Below, piece by piece: positions 8,792 through 17,621 of a DNA stretch of 22,031 nucleotides. A program made the position numbers and the translations under genes. Numbering within the stretch: position 1 is the first letter of the stretch; every line of letters starts with the position of its first letter. A model generated the notes under the pieces. It made no database searches. It saw nothing but the letters and a program-made list of their open reading frames with translations, and was not told the DNA's origin. The stretch comes from Archangium sp. (GTDB lineage Bacteria > Myxococcota > Myxococcia > Myxococcales > Myxococcaceae), in assembly GCA_031367385.1 (NCBI GenBank), contig JANLPS010000171.1, forward strand, positions 1 through 22,031, in the 5' to 3' direction.

Positions 8792-9415
8792 CTACCCCTC
8801 GCTGTTGGGGTTCTTCGTCCACTTGTCGACGTTGCCGTCGCCGTCGAGGTCTTCGCCAACGCGGTCGACCTGGTCGGCTTCCCAGTATTCCCAGTAGTCG
8901 ACTTTGCCGTCGCCGTTGGTGTCGCGCTCTTTGCGAACCAGCTTGCCCTTCTCGTAGAAGACCCACTCTGAGGGCTTGCCCGCCGCCGACAGGTCTCGCT
9001 CGGCGCGAATGCGAACGCCCTTTTCGAAGTAGTTGGCCACGTCGACCTTGCCGTCGAAGTCGAGGTCGAGGCGCTCGACGGCGATCTGCTCTTTGTCGTC
9101 GTAGGTGCGGGCGATGTCGACCTTACCGTCCCAGTTGATGTCGAGCTCTTTGCGCACCAGACGGTCGATGTCTTTGCCGTCGGCTGACTTGTCGGCGACG
9201 GTGTAGCTCCACACGTCGGGCTTGCCGTCTTTGTTGAGGTCGAACTCGGTGACCTTCTCATTGCCTTGTTTCTTCTGGCGAATGTTGTCGCTGAGCTTCT
9301 CGCCGTCAGCGGCCTTGGCGTCACCGGTCTTGGCGGCCGAGGTGGCGGCGCACCCCGAGAGCATGAGAGTCAAACCGACCAGCGCCCCGACGACCCGTTG
9401 AGTGAATGTCTGCAT
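8792..9415 (-). CDS. Lipoprotein with repeated DxDxDG calcium-binding-like loops
   Basis: GGAGG RBS before ATG 9415 and lipobox LSGC. Six loops: DLNKDGKPD, DINWDGKVD, DLDFDGKVD, DLSAAGKPS, DTNGDGKVD, DLDGDGNVD, mostly 22 aa apart. Confidence 0.85.
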   Translation of the reverse strand: MQTFTQRVVGALVGLTLMLSGCAATSAAKTGDAKAADGEKLSDNIRQKKQGNEKVTEFDLNKDGKPDVWSYTVADKSADGKDIDRLVRKELDINWDGKVDIARTYDDKEQIAVERLDLDFDGKVDVANYFEKGVRIRAERDLSAAGKPSEWVFYEKGKLVRKERDTNGDGKVDYWEYWEADQVDRVGEDLDGDGNVDKWTKNPNSEG

Positions 9416-9475
9416 GAGTACCTCCGGCATTTAATTCGACCCTCCCTGACTGTCGACATAGCGTTTCTCACAGCC

Positions 9476-9655
9476 ATGGCGCGCAAGAAGATCAGCACCA
9501 CGATCTACATCACGCCTGAGCAGAACGAGCTCCTCAAGTTGCTCAATCAGAAAACCAAGGTGCCCGTGGCTGAATACATTCGCCAGGGCATCGATTTGGT
9601 GCTCGAAAAGTACAAGCAAGAGCTCCCCGGGCAGAACCAGTTGCCGGGTATTTGA
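9476..9655 (+). CDS. Ribbon-helix-helix DNA-binding protein (59 aa)
   Basis: [46 protein letters not shown]: alternating beta strand followed by two helices with the 'AEYIRQGI' RHH pattern. Confidence 0.85.
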   Translation: MARKKISTTIYITPEQNELLKLLNQKTKVPVAEYIRQGIDLVLEKYKQELPGQNQLPGI

Positions 9656-9671
9656 GCTACACCTCGCCCCC

Positions 9672-10622
9672 GTGAGCTCTCTGCGTGGCAAACGGGCGGT
9701 GGTGCTCGGCGGAGCCGGTTTCTTGGGCTCCCACCTCTGTGAGCGGCTGCTCGCCGATGGCGCCGAACACGTCACCGCCGTCGACAACTTCATCACCGGC
9801 GACCCCAAGAACCTCGCCACAATAAGGGGACAGGCTGCTTTTACACTCGTCGAGCACGACATCACCGCCGGCCTCGACGTTGCGGGTGCAGTCGACTTCG
9901 TGTTCAACCTGGCCTCTCCGGCCTCACCGATCGACTACGCCGAGAAGTGGCTCGAGACCATGCGGGTCGGCTCGCTGGGCACCGAGAACGGTCTGCACCT
10001 GGCCGAGGCGAAAAAGGCGGTCTTTTTTCAGGCCTCGACCTCTGAGATCTACGGAGACCCGCTGGTGCACCCCCAGGTCGAGACGTACTTCGGCAACGTC
10101 GACAGCACCGGGCCTCGCGCGGTGTACGACGAGGCCAAGCGCTACGCCGAGGCGCTGGTGCAGGCCTTTCGACGCAACCGCGGGGTCTCGACCCGAATCG
10201 TGCGCATCTTCAACACCTACGGCCCTCGCATGCGGCTCAATGACGGCCGGGTCGTGCCCGCGTTCATCGGGCAGGCCCTTCGCTCAGAGCCCTTCACCAT
10301 CTTCGGAGACGGCCGGCAGACCCGCTCGTTCTGTTATGTCGATGATTTAATTGAAGGTTTCATTCGCCTGGCCCTCTCAGGAGAGATGGACCCCGTGAAC
10401 ATCGGCAACCCCGATGAGAAGACGATGCTCGAGTTCGCCGGAGCCGTGCAGAACGCCGCCAACCTGAGCGCGAAGTTCGTCTTCAAACCACTGCCCGCAG
10501 GAGACCCGAAACAGCGCCGCCCCGACATCACCCGCGCCAAGACGCTGCTCGGCTGGGAGCCGAAAGTGACCCTGGCCGAGGGCTTGAAACGAACCGTCGA
10601 GTACTTTCGCCACGTGCTGTGA
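9672..10622 (+). CDS. UDP-glucuronic acid decarboxylase (UDP-xylose synthase) family extended SDR
   Basis: GGAGFLG Rossmann motif, 'NLASPASP', '[17 protein letters not shown]', YDEAK (YxxxK), '[16 protein letters not shown]', 'DP.QRRPDI'. Confidence 0.9.
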   Translation: MSSLRGKRAVVLGGAGFLGSHLCERLLADGAEHVTAVDNFITGDPKNLATIRGQAAFTLVEHDITAGLDVAGAVDFVFNLASPASPIDYAEKWLETMRVGSLGTENGLHLAEAKKAVFFQASTSEIYGDPLVHPQVETYFGNVDSTGPRAVYDEAKRYAEALVQAFRRNRGVSTRIVRIFNTYGPRMRLNDGRVVPAFIGQALRSEPFTIFGDGRQTRSFCYVDDLIEGFIRLALSGEMDPVNIGNPDEKTMLEFAGAVQNAANLSAKFVFKPLPAGDPKQRRPDITRAKTLLGWEPKVTLAEGLKRTVEYFRHVL

Positions 10623-11488
10623 GTTTTCGGCCCAAAGTGGTGCGAGTGAAGCGGTACTCCCTCGAGGGGGTTGATCGCCGGTTGCTCGAGCTGCCGGTCG
10701 AATCGGGCGCACTTTCATTGCCCGGGGCCGATTGGTTGCCCCCAGATGTGCACGAGCTCGAGGTCGACGCAGACGGGGGTGCGCAGGTGGTCGCGACCGA
10801 TCAGCGAGGGAGGCCGGCGCGGGTGCCGCTGTTCAATGGGCGGGCGTTGTCGTTTCGAAGCGCTCCCCAGGTGGCGCAGGGTGACTGCGTCTCATTCGGG
10901 GCGACCGTGACCGCGAGTTTTCTCGCCGCCGAATTTCATGACCCGGCCCTCGAGGCGCGCCTGGCCGATGATCTCGAGGCCAGGGCCGTGTACGCCGACG
11001 CGCTCGAAGAGGCCGGCGACCCGCTCGGAGAAGCCATCGCCCTGGCCGGCCCCGATGGCGCGCCCCCCTCGTGGGTGCTGCATGAGACCCGGTTGCCACT
11101 GCTCGAGGTCGACGTCAGTTGGAAAAGCGGCTTCGCGGAGCAGGCACAGGTCTCGTTGCTCGAGTCGGCGGTGTACCCGGCGGGCATTCTGCGAGTGCTG
11201 CATGCCCGGGTCTTCGCCGCCCTGCGCTCTTTGACCGTGCGAATCGACGTCGCGCGGGCCATTGAGCGCCCCCTCGACGAGCGGCTCGCGGTGCACCTCC
11301 CCGCGTCGCTGCGAGAATTTCAGCTGAACGTCGGCCAGCGCGAGGCGCCCCCTCGTGATGAGGTCGATGCACTGCTCGACCGGGTGCGCGCTCAATGCCC
11401 GGCCGTCGAAGCCACCGTCACCGTCGACCCCAGCCGGGCCGAGCCGAGCGTCGAGCGAATGCACTTCAATCTGCGAGGCAAGCAGTGA
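10619..11488 (+). CDS. Hypothetical protein with degenerate FHA-like region and TIGR02996-like helical module
   Basis: GTGA overlap with the upstream stop. 'LFNGRAL...QGDCVSFG' resembles an FHA C-terminal half. '[23 protein letters not shown]' matches the TIGR02996 pattern (VYADWL.E.GDPRGE). Confidence 0.6.
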   Translation: MSFRPKVVRVKRYSLEGVDRRLLELPVESGALSLPGADWLPPDVHELEVDADGGAQVVATDQRGRPARVPLFNGRALSFRSAPQVAQGDCVSFGATVTASFLAAEFHDPALEARLADDLEARAVYADALEEAGDPLGEAIALAGPDGAPPSWVLHETRLPLLEVDVSWKSGFAEQAQVSLLESAVYPAGILRVLHARVFAALRSLTVRIDVARAIERPLDERLAVHLPASLREFQLNVGQREAPPRDEVDALLDRVRAQCPAVEATVTVDPSRAEPSVERMHFNLRGKQ

Positions 11489-11580
11489 AGTAACTGCCGC
11501 TGCAGCTTGTTCTAACCATGCGAAATTCGGTGCACCGGCGCGACGTCTCATCAGGCGAGGGTCATGTGATGCGATGGTGG

Positions 11581-11607
11581 CAACTCTCGGAGCCCGGGAG
11601 CCGATAC
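11581..11607 (+). promoter_or_regulatory. Putative sigma28 (FliA/WhiG)-type promoter
   Basis: CAAC-N15-GCCGATAC in an intergenic region 44 nt before ATG 11652. The canonical consensus is TAAA-N15-GCCGATAA. Confidence 0.45.
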
Positions 11608-11651
11608 CACCCGCAGAGCTTCAATTTTCCCCCAATCGAGGAATTCTCATC

Positions 11652-12389
11652 ATGGCTGACATCGCAATTGGTCCGAAAATCACCCTCAACGGCACCCCCG
11701 AGGTCGCCGAGACCAAGCCTGCCGTGGTCGCCGCCGAAGTGTCCGTGCCGGTTGCGACTCCCGCGACCGAGAAGCCGCTCGATCTCAACTACCACGGCGA
11801 CCAATTTCAGCCGAACCACGTGCCCCGCATGGGCAACTTCCCCGAGGCTGATCACTCGGTCGGGCACAAGGCCATCGGCATCGTCGCCGCGGGCCTCGGC
11901 GGAGTCGCAGCCGGCATGGCGCTCAACGCCGTCGCCAGCAAGAAGGTCGACCGCGAATTTCACCTCAGCGGCAACCCCGCGAATTGGGACCGCGACTTCA
12001 GCGGCTACGGCACCGGTACCCGCACGGGCGCCCTGCACAACGCGATGCACGCGGCGCCTGGTGCGCTGGCATGCCTGGCCGGCAAGAACGCTGGCTTCGA
12101 CTGGGCGACCTCGAGCGCCATGGCCTTTGCGACCGGCTTCGGCATCGAAGTGGGCGAAACCGCTGGCGACTGGGGCGACGTGATGCGTACCGGGGTCTAC
12201 GGCACCGCCGCCTGCGCCGCCGCGTGGAACATCGACAAGTTCGCTGAGCGCAAATACGACGAGACGGGCAACCCGCTATTCAAGGTGCTCGCCCAGGTCG
12301 TCAACCCCGAGCGCGGTTTCGGAGTCGGCGTCAGCAAGCAAGGCAAGCACGTCGTGCCGATGCTCACCTACAGCGCGACCTGGAAGTAA
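11652..12389 (+). CDS. DUF3943/YfiM-like membrane-associated protein with disordered N-terminus
   Basis: GAGGA RBS before ATG 11652. Pattern 'WDRD...N..H..GA....GKNAGFDW..S......GIEVGE...WGD...T..YG' and a C-terminal amphipathic strand 'PMLTYSATWK'. Confidence 0.55.
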   Translation: MADIAIGPKITLNGTPEVAETKPAVVAAEVSVPVATPATEKPLDLNYHGDQFQPNHVPRMGNFPEADHSVGHKAIGIVAAGLGGVAAGMALNAVASKKVDREFHLSGNPANWDRDFSGYGTGTRTGALHNAMHAAPGALACLAGKNAGFDWATSSAMAFATGFGIEVGETAGDWGDVMRTGVYGTAACAAAWNIDKFAERKYDETGNPLFKVLAQVVNPERGFGVGVSKQGKHVVPMLTYSATWK

Positions 12390-12399
12390 GCTCTTCGGC

Positions 12400-13065
12400 A
12401 TGGCCGATCTCGAGCTGACCTATGCCGTCGCGGAGCAGTGCGCGGCTCAACTGAAACACGTCTGCGAACGCCTCAAGCCGTACTTCGACTTCTCGACGGT
12501 CGCGCAGCATCTGAGCGCCGAGAGTGTCTTGGGCGCGGCGCTGGTGGCCTCAGACCCTTCGCCGTGCTCCTCACGCGTTCACACGATGGTCGCCGGCGGG
12601 CTCGATGGGCTGCGCGCCTACCTGCACTTCGCGAGCGAGGCGATCTTTCTGAACCGAGCGGGCTTCGACCCGACCTCGAACCAAACCGCGCTCGAGCCGC
12701 TGCTGCCCAAAGGGCTGTCGGCCGAAGACGCGATGATCGCCAGGCATCAGGCCCTGTTCTCGTACGAGGGCCCTGAAGGCAACGGCACCACGCTGTGGGC
12801 CCGCGCGCATTGCGAGGCCCTCGGCGGCGAGATCGGCATGCTCGAGCACGTGATCAAAGCGCACTCGAACGTGAGCCCCGATCGCGGCTTGTTGTTCTGG
12901 TCAGACCCCGGGTTCTCACCGCAGCAAATCGATATGCACGCCGACGTGGCGATGAAGCTGGGGCTGACCTTGATCCCCCGCAGCGTGGCCTCGCCAGACG
13001 CGTTTCGCGCTGCGTACGAGGCGCTGGCGAAGCTCGCTGAGGGCACTTCGACGAGCTCGCGCTGA
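12400..13065 (+). CDS. Hypothetical protein (221 aa, predicted helical, cytoplasmic)
   Basis: Clean ORF with GC-rich third positions, filling the gap between the upstream gene and the lon terminator. No confident family. Confidence 0.7.
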   Translation: MADLELTYAVAEQCAAQLKHVCERLKPYFDFSTVAQHLSAESVLGAALVASDPSPCSSRVHTMVAGGLDGLRAYLHFASEAIFLNRAGFDPTSNQTALEPLLPKGLSAEDAMIARHQALFSYEGPEGNGTTLWARAHCEALGGEIGMLEHVIKAHSNVSPDRGLLFWSDPGFSPQQIDMHADVAMKLGLTLIPRSVASPDAFRAAYEALAKLAEGTSTSSR

Positions 13066-13125
13066 GAGAGCTGCTGAGAATGCCGGTGCTCTTCGCAAAC
13101 GCAGAAAATCGAACAACGAACCACG

Positions 13126-13163
13126 AAAAAAAAACCGCCGGCGAGCTCTTCACTCGCCGGCGG
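13126..13163 (-). terminator. Rho-independent terminator of lon
   Basis: Perfect 11-bp stem CCGCCGGCGAG/CTCGCCGGCGG (13135-13163) followed on the minus strand by T9 (A9 at 13126-13134), about 24 nt past the lon stop. Confidence 0.9.
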
Positions 13164-13186
13164 GGCACTCTTTTCAGCGCTCCCGC

Positions 13187-15643
13187 TTAGGCGCGAATCT
13201 CAGGGTTCGCCGGGTCACCCGCCGCGGCCACCGGCACCGCGACGAAGGGTGACTTCTCAAGCGCGAGGTCGAGCGCCTCGTCCATTCGGCTGACGAAGAA
13301 GAACTGCATGTCTTTCTTCGCCTGCTCCGGCACGTCGACCATGTCTTTCTGATTCTTGGCCGGCATGATGATGCGCTTGATGCCTGCACGGTGAGCCGCG
13401 AGCATCTTCTCTTTGATGCCGCCGACGGGCAGCACGAGCCCACGCAGGGTCGCTTCGCCAGTCATCGCCGTATCGTTGCGAACCCGAATGCCGGTCATCA
13501 GCGAAGTCAGCGCGACCAACATCGTCACGCCCGCCGAGGGGCCGTCTTTGGGCATCGCGCCGTCAGGCACGTGAATGTGAATGTCCGATTTCTCGAGGAA
13601 ATTCGGGTTCACACCGAGCCGCTCTGCGTTGGTGCGCAGGTACGACATCGCCGCGTGCGCCGATTCTTTCATCACGTCGCCGAGCTTGCCGGTGAGGGCC
13701 AGACCGCCCTTGCCGACCATCTTGGTGCACTCGATGAAGAGCAAGTCGCCACCGTACGGCGTCCACGCGAGGCCGGCTGCGACGCCGGTCTGCGAGGTGC
13801 GTTCGGCCATCTCTGACTCGACGCGCTGGGGCCCGAGGAGCTCCTGGAGCTTCTCTTTGTTCACGACCTGCTTCACGGTCTCGCCCGAGGCCACCTTCAC
13901 CGCGACGGAGCGGCAGACGTCGGCGATTCGACGCTCGAGCGAGCGCACGCCGGCTTCCCGCGTGTACGACGCGATGATGTCTTCGAGCGCGTCATCGGTG
14001 AGCTCGATCTGGTCGGTCGTGATGCCGTGATCCTTGATCTGCTTGGGGATCAGGTGCTGCTTGGCGATCATCGTCTTCTCGTCGAGCGTGTAGCCCGAGA
14101 GCTCGATGATCTCCATGCGGTCACGCAGCGGCCCGGGCACCGGGTCGAGCTGGTTGGCGGTCGCAATGAACAACACCTTCGAGAGGTCGAACGCGACGTC
14201 GAGGTAGTGGTCTGAGAACGCGTGGTTCTGCTCAGGGTCGAGCACCTCGAGCAAGGCGGCCGACGGGTCGCCCCTGAAGTCAGCACCGAGCTTGTCGACT
14301 TCGTCGAGCAGCATGACCGGGTTGCGCGAGCCGGCTTTTTTCATCTGTTGAATGAAGCGGCCGGGCAGGGCGCCGACGTAGGTGCGACGGTGACCTCGAA
14401 TTTCGGCCTCGTCACGCACGCCGCCGAGCGCGAGCCGCACGAACTTGCGACCAACGGCCTTGGCGACCGACTGACCCAATGACGTCTTGCCGACGCCGGG
14501 AGGCCCCACGAGGCACAGAATCGGGCCTCGCATGTCGTTCTTCAGCTTGCGCACCGCGAGGTATTCGAGAATGCGCTTCTTGACCTTCTGAATGCCGAAG
14601 TGGTCGGAGTCGAGCTGCTTGCGCGCGTTCTCGATGTCGAGGTTGTCCTCGGTCAGCTTCGACCAGGGCAAATCGGCGATCCAGTCGAGGTAGGTGCGGG
14701 CAACCGTGTACTCACTCGACGCCGCGGGTATGGTCTTGAGCCGGTTCATCTCTTTGTTGGCGACCTTCTCGACATCAGGAGGCAGCTGCGCCTTCTTGAT
14801 GCGCTCCGCCAATTCGTCGAGCTCCTCTTCATCCTCTCCCATTTCGCCGAGCTCTTCCTTGATCGCCTTGAGCTGCTGGCGCAGGTAGTACTCGCGCTGG
14901 GTCTTCGACATCTCGCCCTTCACTGCGCTGTCGATTTTGTTCGAGAGCTTCAAGATCTCGCGCTTGCGGTTGAGCAGCTCGAGCACGAGCTTCATGCGCG
15001 CCTTGAGGTCGACCGTCTCGAGAACGGCCTGCTTCTCTTCGATCGGCACATCGACGTTGGCGGCAATGAGATCGGCCAGATGCCCAGGGTGGGTGATGCT
15101 CTCGACGAGCTCGGTCGCCGCGGCGGGCAGCTCGGGCATCATCTCGATGACCTCGCGGGCCAGCTTCTTCAAGTTGATGGTGAGCGCCTCGATCTCGACG
15201 TTGTCGGCGGCGGTCTTGTCTTCGACCGGCTCGATGCGCGCCTTGAGATACGGCGCCTCTTGCACGAGCTCGAGCACGCGAAAGCGCGCAAGCCCTTGAA
15301 CCACGAGCGAATAATTGTCTTCGCCCATCTTCAAGAGCTTCACGATGCGGGCGACGGTGCCCATGTTGTAGAGGTCGGTCGCGCCGGGGTCTTCTTCTTC
15401 GGCCTTGCGCTGCGTGACCACGCCGATGACCTGGTCATCGCGAACGGCGTCTTTGATCAGGGCGATGGTCTTCTGCCGGCCAACCGCGAGTGGCAGCACG
15501 CCGCCGGGGAAGAACACGCTGTTGCGGAGGGGCAGAATCGGGAGCACGGCTGGAATGTCGTCTTTGTTGATGGTTCCTGGGGGCGTCATCGCGGCAGGGA
15601 GTGCTTGCGCACCAACTCCCACCTTCTTCTTGTCGTCGGACAT
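13187..15643 (-). CDS. lon: ATP-dependent protease La (Lon), myxobacterial LonD/BsgA type
   Basis: LON N-domain '[14 protein letters not shown]', Walker A GPPGVGKT, Walker B LLDEVD, 'PKDGPSAG' catalytic Ser and 'GGIKEK' Lys. The N-terminus MSDDKKK...PPG.INK.DIP resembles my recollection of M. xanthus LonD/BsgA. Start ATG at 15643. Confidence 0.97.
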   Translation of the reverse strand: MSDDKKKVGVGAQALPAAMTPPGTINKDDIPAVLPILPLRNSVFFPGGVLPLAVGRQKTIALIKDAVRDDQVIGVVTQRKAEEEDPGATDLYNMGTVARIVKLLKMGEDNYSLVVQGLARFRVLELVQEAPYLKARIEPVEDKTAADNVEIEALTINLKKLAREVIEMMPELPAAATELVESITHPGHLADLIAANVDVPIEEKQAVLETVDLKARMKLVLELLNRKREILKLSNKIDSAVKGEMSKTQREYYLRQQLKAIKEELGEMGEDEEELDELAERIKKAQLPPDVEKVANKEMNRLKTIPAASSEYTVARTYLDWIADLPWSKLTEDNLDIENARKQLDSDHFGIQKVKKRILEYLAVRKLKNDMRGPILCLVGPPGVGKTSLGQSVAKAVGRKFVRLALGGVRDEAEIRGHRRTYVGALPGRFIQQMKKAGSRNPVMLLDEVDKLGADFRGDPSAALLEVLDPEQNHAFSDHYLDVAFDLSKVLFIATANQLDPVPGPLRDRMEIIELSGYTLDEKTMIAKQHLIPKQIKDHGITTDQIELTDDALEDIIASYTREAGVRSLERRIADVCRSVAVKVASGETVKQVVNKEKLQELLGPQRVESEMAERTSQTGVAAGLAWTPYGGDLLFIECTKMVGKGGLALTGKLGDVMKESAHAAMSYLRTNAERLGVNPNFLEKSDIHIHVPDGAMPKDGPSAGVTMLVALTSLMTGIRVRNDTAMTGEATLRGLVLPVGGIKEKMLAAHRAGIKRIIMPAKNQKDMVDVPEQAKKDMQFFFVSRMDEALDLALEKSPFVAVPVAAAGDPANPEIRA

Positions 15644-15704
15644 GTGTTCTCGTTTTCTTTCGACGGGGATCGCTTTCACTCAATCGAGTAAAGCGGTGTT
15701 GGTG

Positions 15705-15732
15705 AAGGTAGCAGTCGTTGCGCGATCGGCAA
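15705..15732 (-). promoter_or_regulatory. Putative sigma70-type promoter of lon
   Basis: Minus-strand TTGCCG-N16-TACCTT, followed by a hairpin at 15671-15695 in the predicted leader. Confidence 0.4.
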
Positions 15733-15810
15733 CCTCTTCAGATCGTATTTCGACCTCTCCAATCATCCGGTGCAGAATGCCGCTGAAGCCGCTTCGAAGG
15801 AGCACCAGTG

Positions 15811-17058
15811 ATGAATCAGTCGCGAATCAGACTCGGAGCGCTCGTGGTTTTGGCGATGGTCGCCAGCTGCCAGGGCTGCCTCGGGTGCAAGACCTCTCCC
15901 CTCGACGCGCCCGATACGACGCTGCCGCGCACCTGTAATGCCGAGCAGCCGCTCATCTCTCCCAGCAAGCTCGACATTCTGTTCGTCATCGACAACTCGA
16001 ACTCGATGCAAGAAGAGCAAGACGCCGTCTCGCGCGAGCTCACCGCGTTCATCGATGAGATCAAACACGCGGGTGGGGTGCGACAAGACTTCAATGTGGG
16101 AGTCGTGACTACCAGCGTCTACCAACACACCCTTCAGAATGGCGTGTCGTGGATGCGCGATTTTCCAACCCAGTCGGGGCACCTGCGGGCGGTGCCTACG
16201 GTGCTGGCTGACGGCGGGCTCAATCTCGAGGCGGGTACCGAGCGGGTGCTCAGCGGTGAAGACCCCGAGCTGGTGGGCAAGTTCGCGAAGCTCGTTCGGC
16301 AGGGCACCTTCGGCTCGGGGCAGGAGACTCCGTTCGAAGCGGTGCGGCTGGCGCTGCTGACCGATTTGAACCGGGTGCCGGTGGCGAACGGCGGCAACTA
16401 CGGGTTTCTGCGCGACGGCGCCCGGTTGTTGATCGTCGTGCTGACCGACGAAGACGACTGCAGCGAAACGGCGCGGCCCTCGTCGGTGGTCATCTCAGAC
16501 AACCCCTCGGTCTCTGACTGCAACGTGCATGCGAACAGCCTGGGTACCGTCGATTCGTACTATCAGCTCTTCACCACCGGGCTGAAGAACGACGACGGCA
16601 GCCCGAAGGAGATCATCTGGACGGCGATCGCTCCGGTGGCGCGGAACACCAAAGGCGCGATGGAGGTGCTCGACGGCGTGCAGGTGCGCAACATCGACTG
16701 CCCGACCTCGAACGCCGCTGGCTTTCGCCATCGTCAAATGGCCGAGCACTTCGACCCCTCGCTGATAAACCTCGACTCGATTTGCCGCGACTCGTTTCGC
16801 GAGACGTTGGTGACGATCGCCGGGTTGGCGTCGGTGAGTCAGACGGTCGAGATCACCAACGTGCCCGCGCCAGAGATGGTGCAGGTGCAGATCAGCCGAA
16901 AAGACAGCTCGGTGCAGGCTTGCACCGAGGGCAATAACGGCATCAAGGTCATCGCGCCTTCCGCGGCTGGCGTCTCGACGAAAGTACGGTTTCAAAACCA
17001 ATGTCTGCGCCGTGCCGACGACACAGCACTCGCGGTCAAGCTGCTCTGCGCGACGTAG
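15811..17058 (+). CDS. Cys-rich vWA (MIDAS) domain lipoprotein, myxobacterial type
   Basis: GGAG RBS and signal peptide with VASC lipobox. MIDAS 'DILFVIDNSNSM' (DxSxS), 'GSGQET', 'FLRDGARLLIVVLTDEDDCS'. Confidence 0.85.
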   Translation: MNQSRIRLGALVVLAMVASCQGCLGCKTSPLDAPDTTLPRTCNAEQPLISPSKLDILFVIDNSNSMQEEQDAVSRELTAFIDEIKHAGGVRQDFNVGVVTTSVYQHTLQNGVSWMRDFPTQSGHLRAVPTVLADGGLNLEAGTERVLSGEDPELVGKFAKLVRQGTFGSGQETPFEAVRLALLTDLNRVPVANGGNYGFLRDGARLLIVVLTDEDDCSETARPSSVVISDNPSVSDCNVHANSLGTVDSYYQLFTTGLKNDDGSPKEIIWTAIAPVARNTKGAMEVLDGVQVRNIDCPTSNAAGFRHRQMAEHFDPSLINLDSICRDSFRETLVTIAGLASVSQTVEITNVPAPEMVQVQISRKDSSVQACTEGNNGIKVIAPSAAGVSTKVRFQNQCLRRADDTALAVKLLCAT

Positions 17059-17116
17059 AAACCTCGCTGCACGACTCTGATGTGCGCGCAATTTTCGTGA
17101 AAGTGCGCCAGGTTTT

Positions 17117-17144
17117 TTGACGAGTCGAAACAGGCCCGTAGTGT
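17117..17144 (+). promoter_or_regulatory. Putative sigma70-type promoter for the PilZ gene
   Basis: TTGACG-N16-TAGTGT, preceded by an imperfect hairpin plus T6 that may terminate the vWA transcript. Confidence 0.4.
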
Positions 17145-17204
17145 TCGCGACATGCCGCTGCAGCCACACAGCGACGGCGTGAAACCGAACTGGAGCCTGA
17201 CCAC

Positions 17205-17549
17205 ATGAGCAACTCGAACAAGCGCAAACAAGATCGCGTGCCCCTCGACATCTACGTGAACAAGTACATGGCCGGCGTGCCGTACATGGCGCGCGCGTCT
17301 GACATTTCACGCGAAGGTGTGGGGCTTGCGCACCTGATCGAACCCGACATCAACGGCCGTCGCGTGGGGCTGCAATTTCAGTTGCCCGGCTCAGAAGAGG
17401 TCATCTACGCCGAGGGTGAAATCGTTCGTGAATGGGTCGACTTGGCTGACACCGAAGGGTCAGGCGTGAAGTTCACGCTGCTCACCGAGCGCCACAAGAA
17501 GTTGATCGATCAATACGTCGCGCGGCAGGGCGACATCGTCGCACAGTGA
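17205..17549 (+). CDS. Stand-alone PilZ domain protein (c-di-GMP receptor candidate)
   Basis: RKQDR (RxxxR) and DISREG (DxSxxG) motifs, plus 'GVKF' in the C-terminal strand. Confidence 0.9.
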   Translation: MSNSNKRKQDRVPLDIYVNKYMAGVPYMARASDISREGVGLAHLIEPDINGRRVGLQFQLPGSEEVIYAEGEIVREWVDLADTEGSGVKFTLLTERHKKLIDQYVARQGDIVAQ

Positions 17550-17621
17550 AAGTATTGAAGCTTTCCGGAAGAGGGCCGTAGACTTCGACGCCCCGTTGTT
17601 CGGTCCTTTCCGGAGACTCCC

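Noticed and set aside
9476..9655. RHH protein as antitoxin of a type II toxin-antitoxin pair
   Set aside because: The downstream gene is a full-length SDR sugar-nucleotide enzyme, and no toxin-like small ORF is adjacent.
15671..15695. HspR HAIR or HrcA CIRCE operator upstream of lon
   Set aside because: Half-sites are in ACTC...GAGT order with a 4-nt spacer, matching neither CTTGAGT-N7-ACTCAAG nor TTAGCACTC-N9-GAGTGCTAA.
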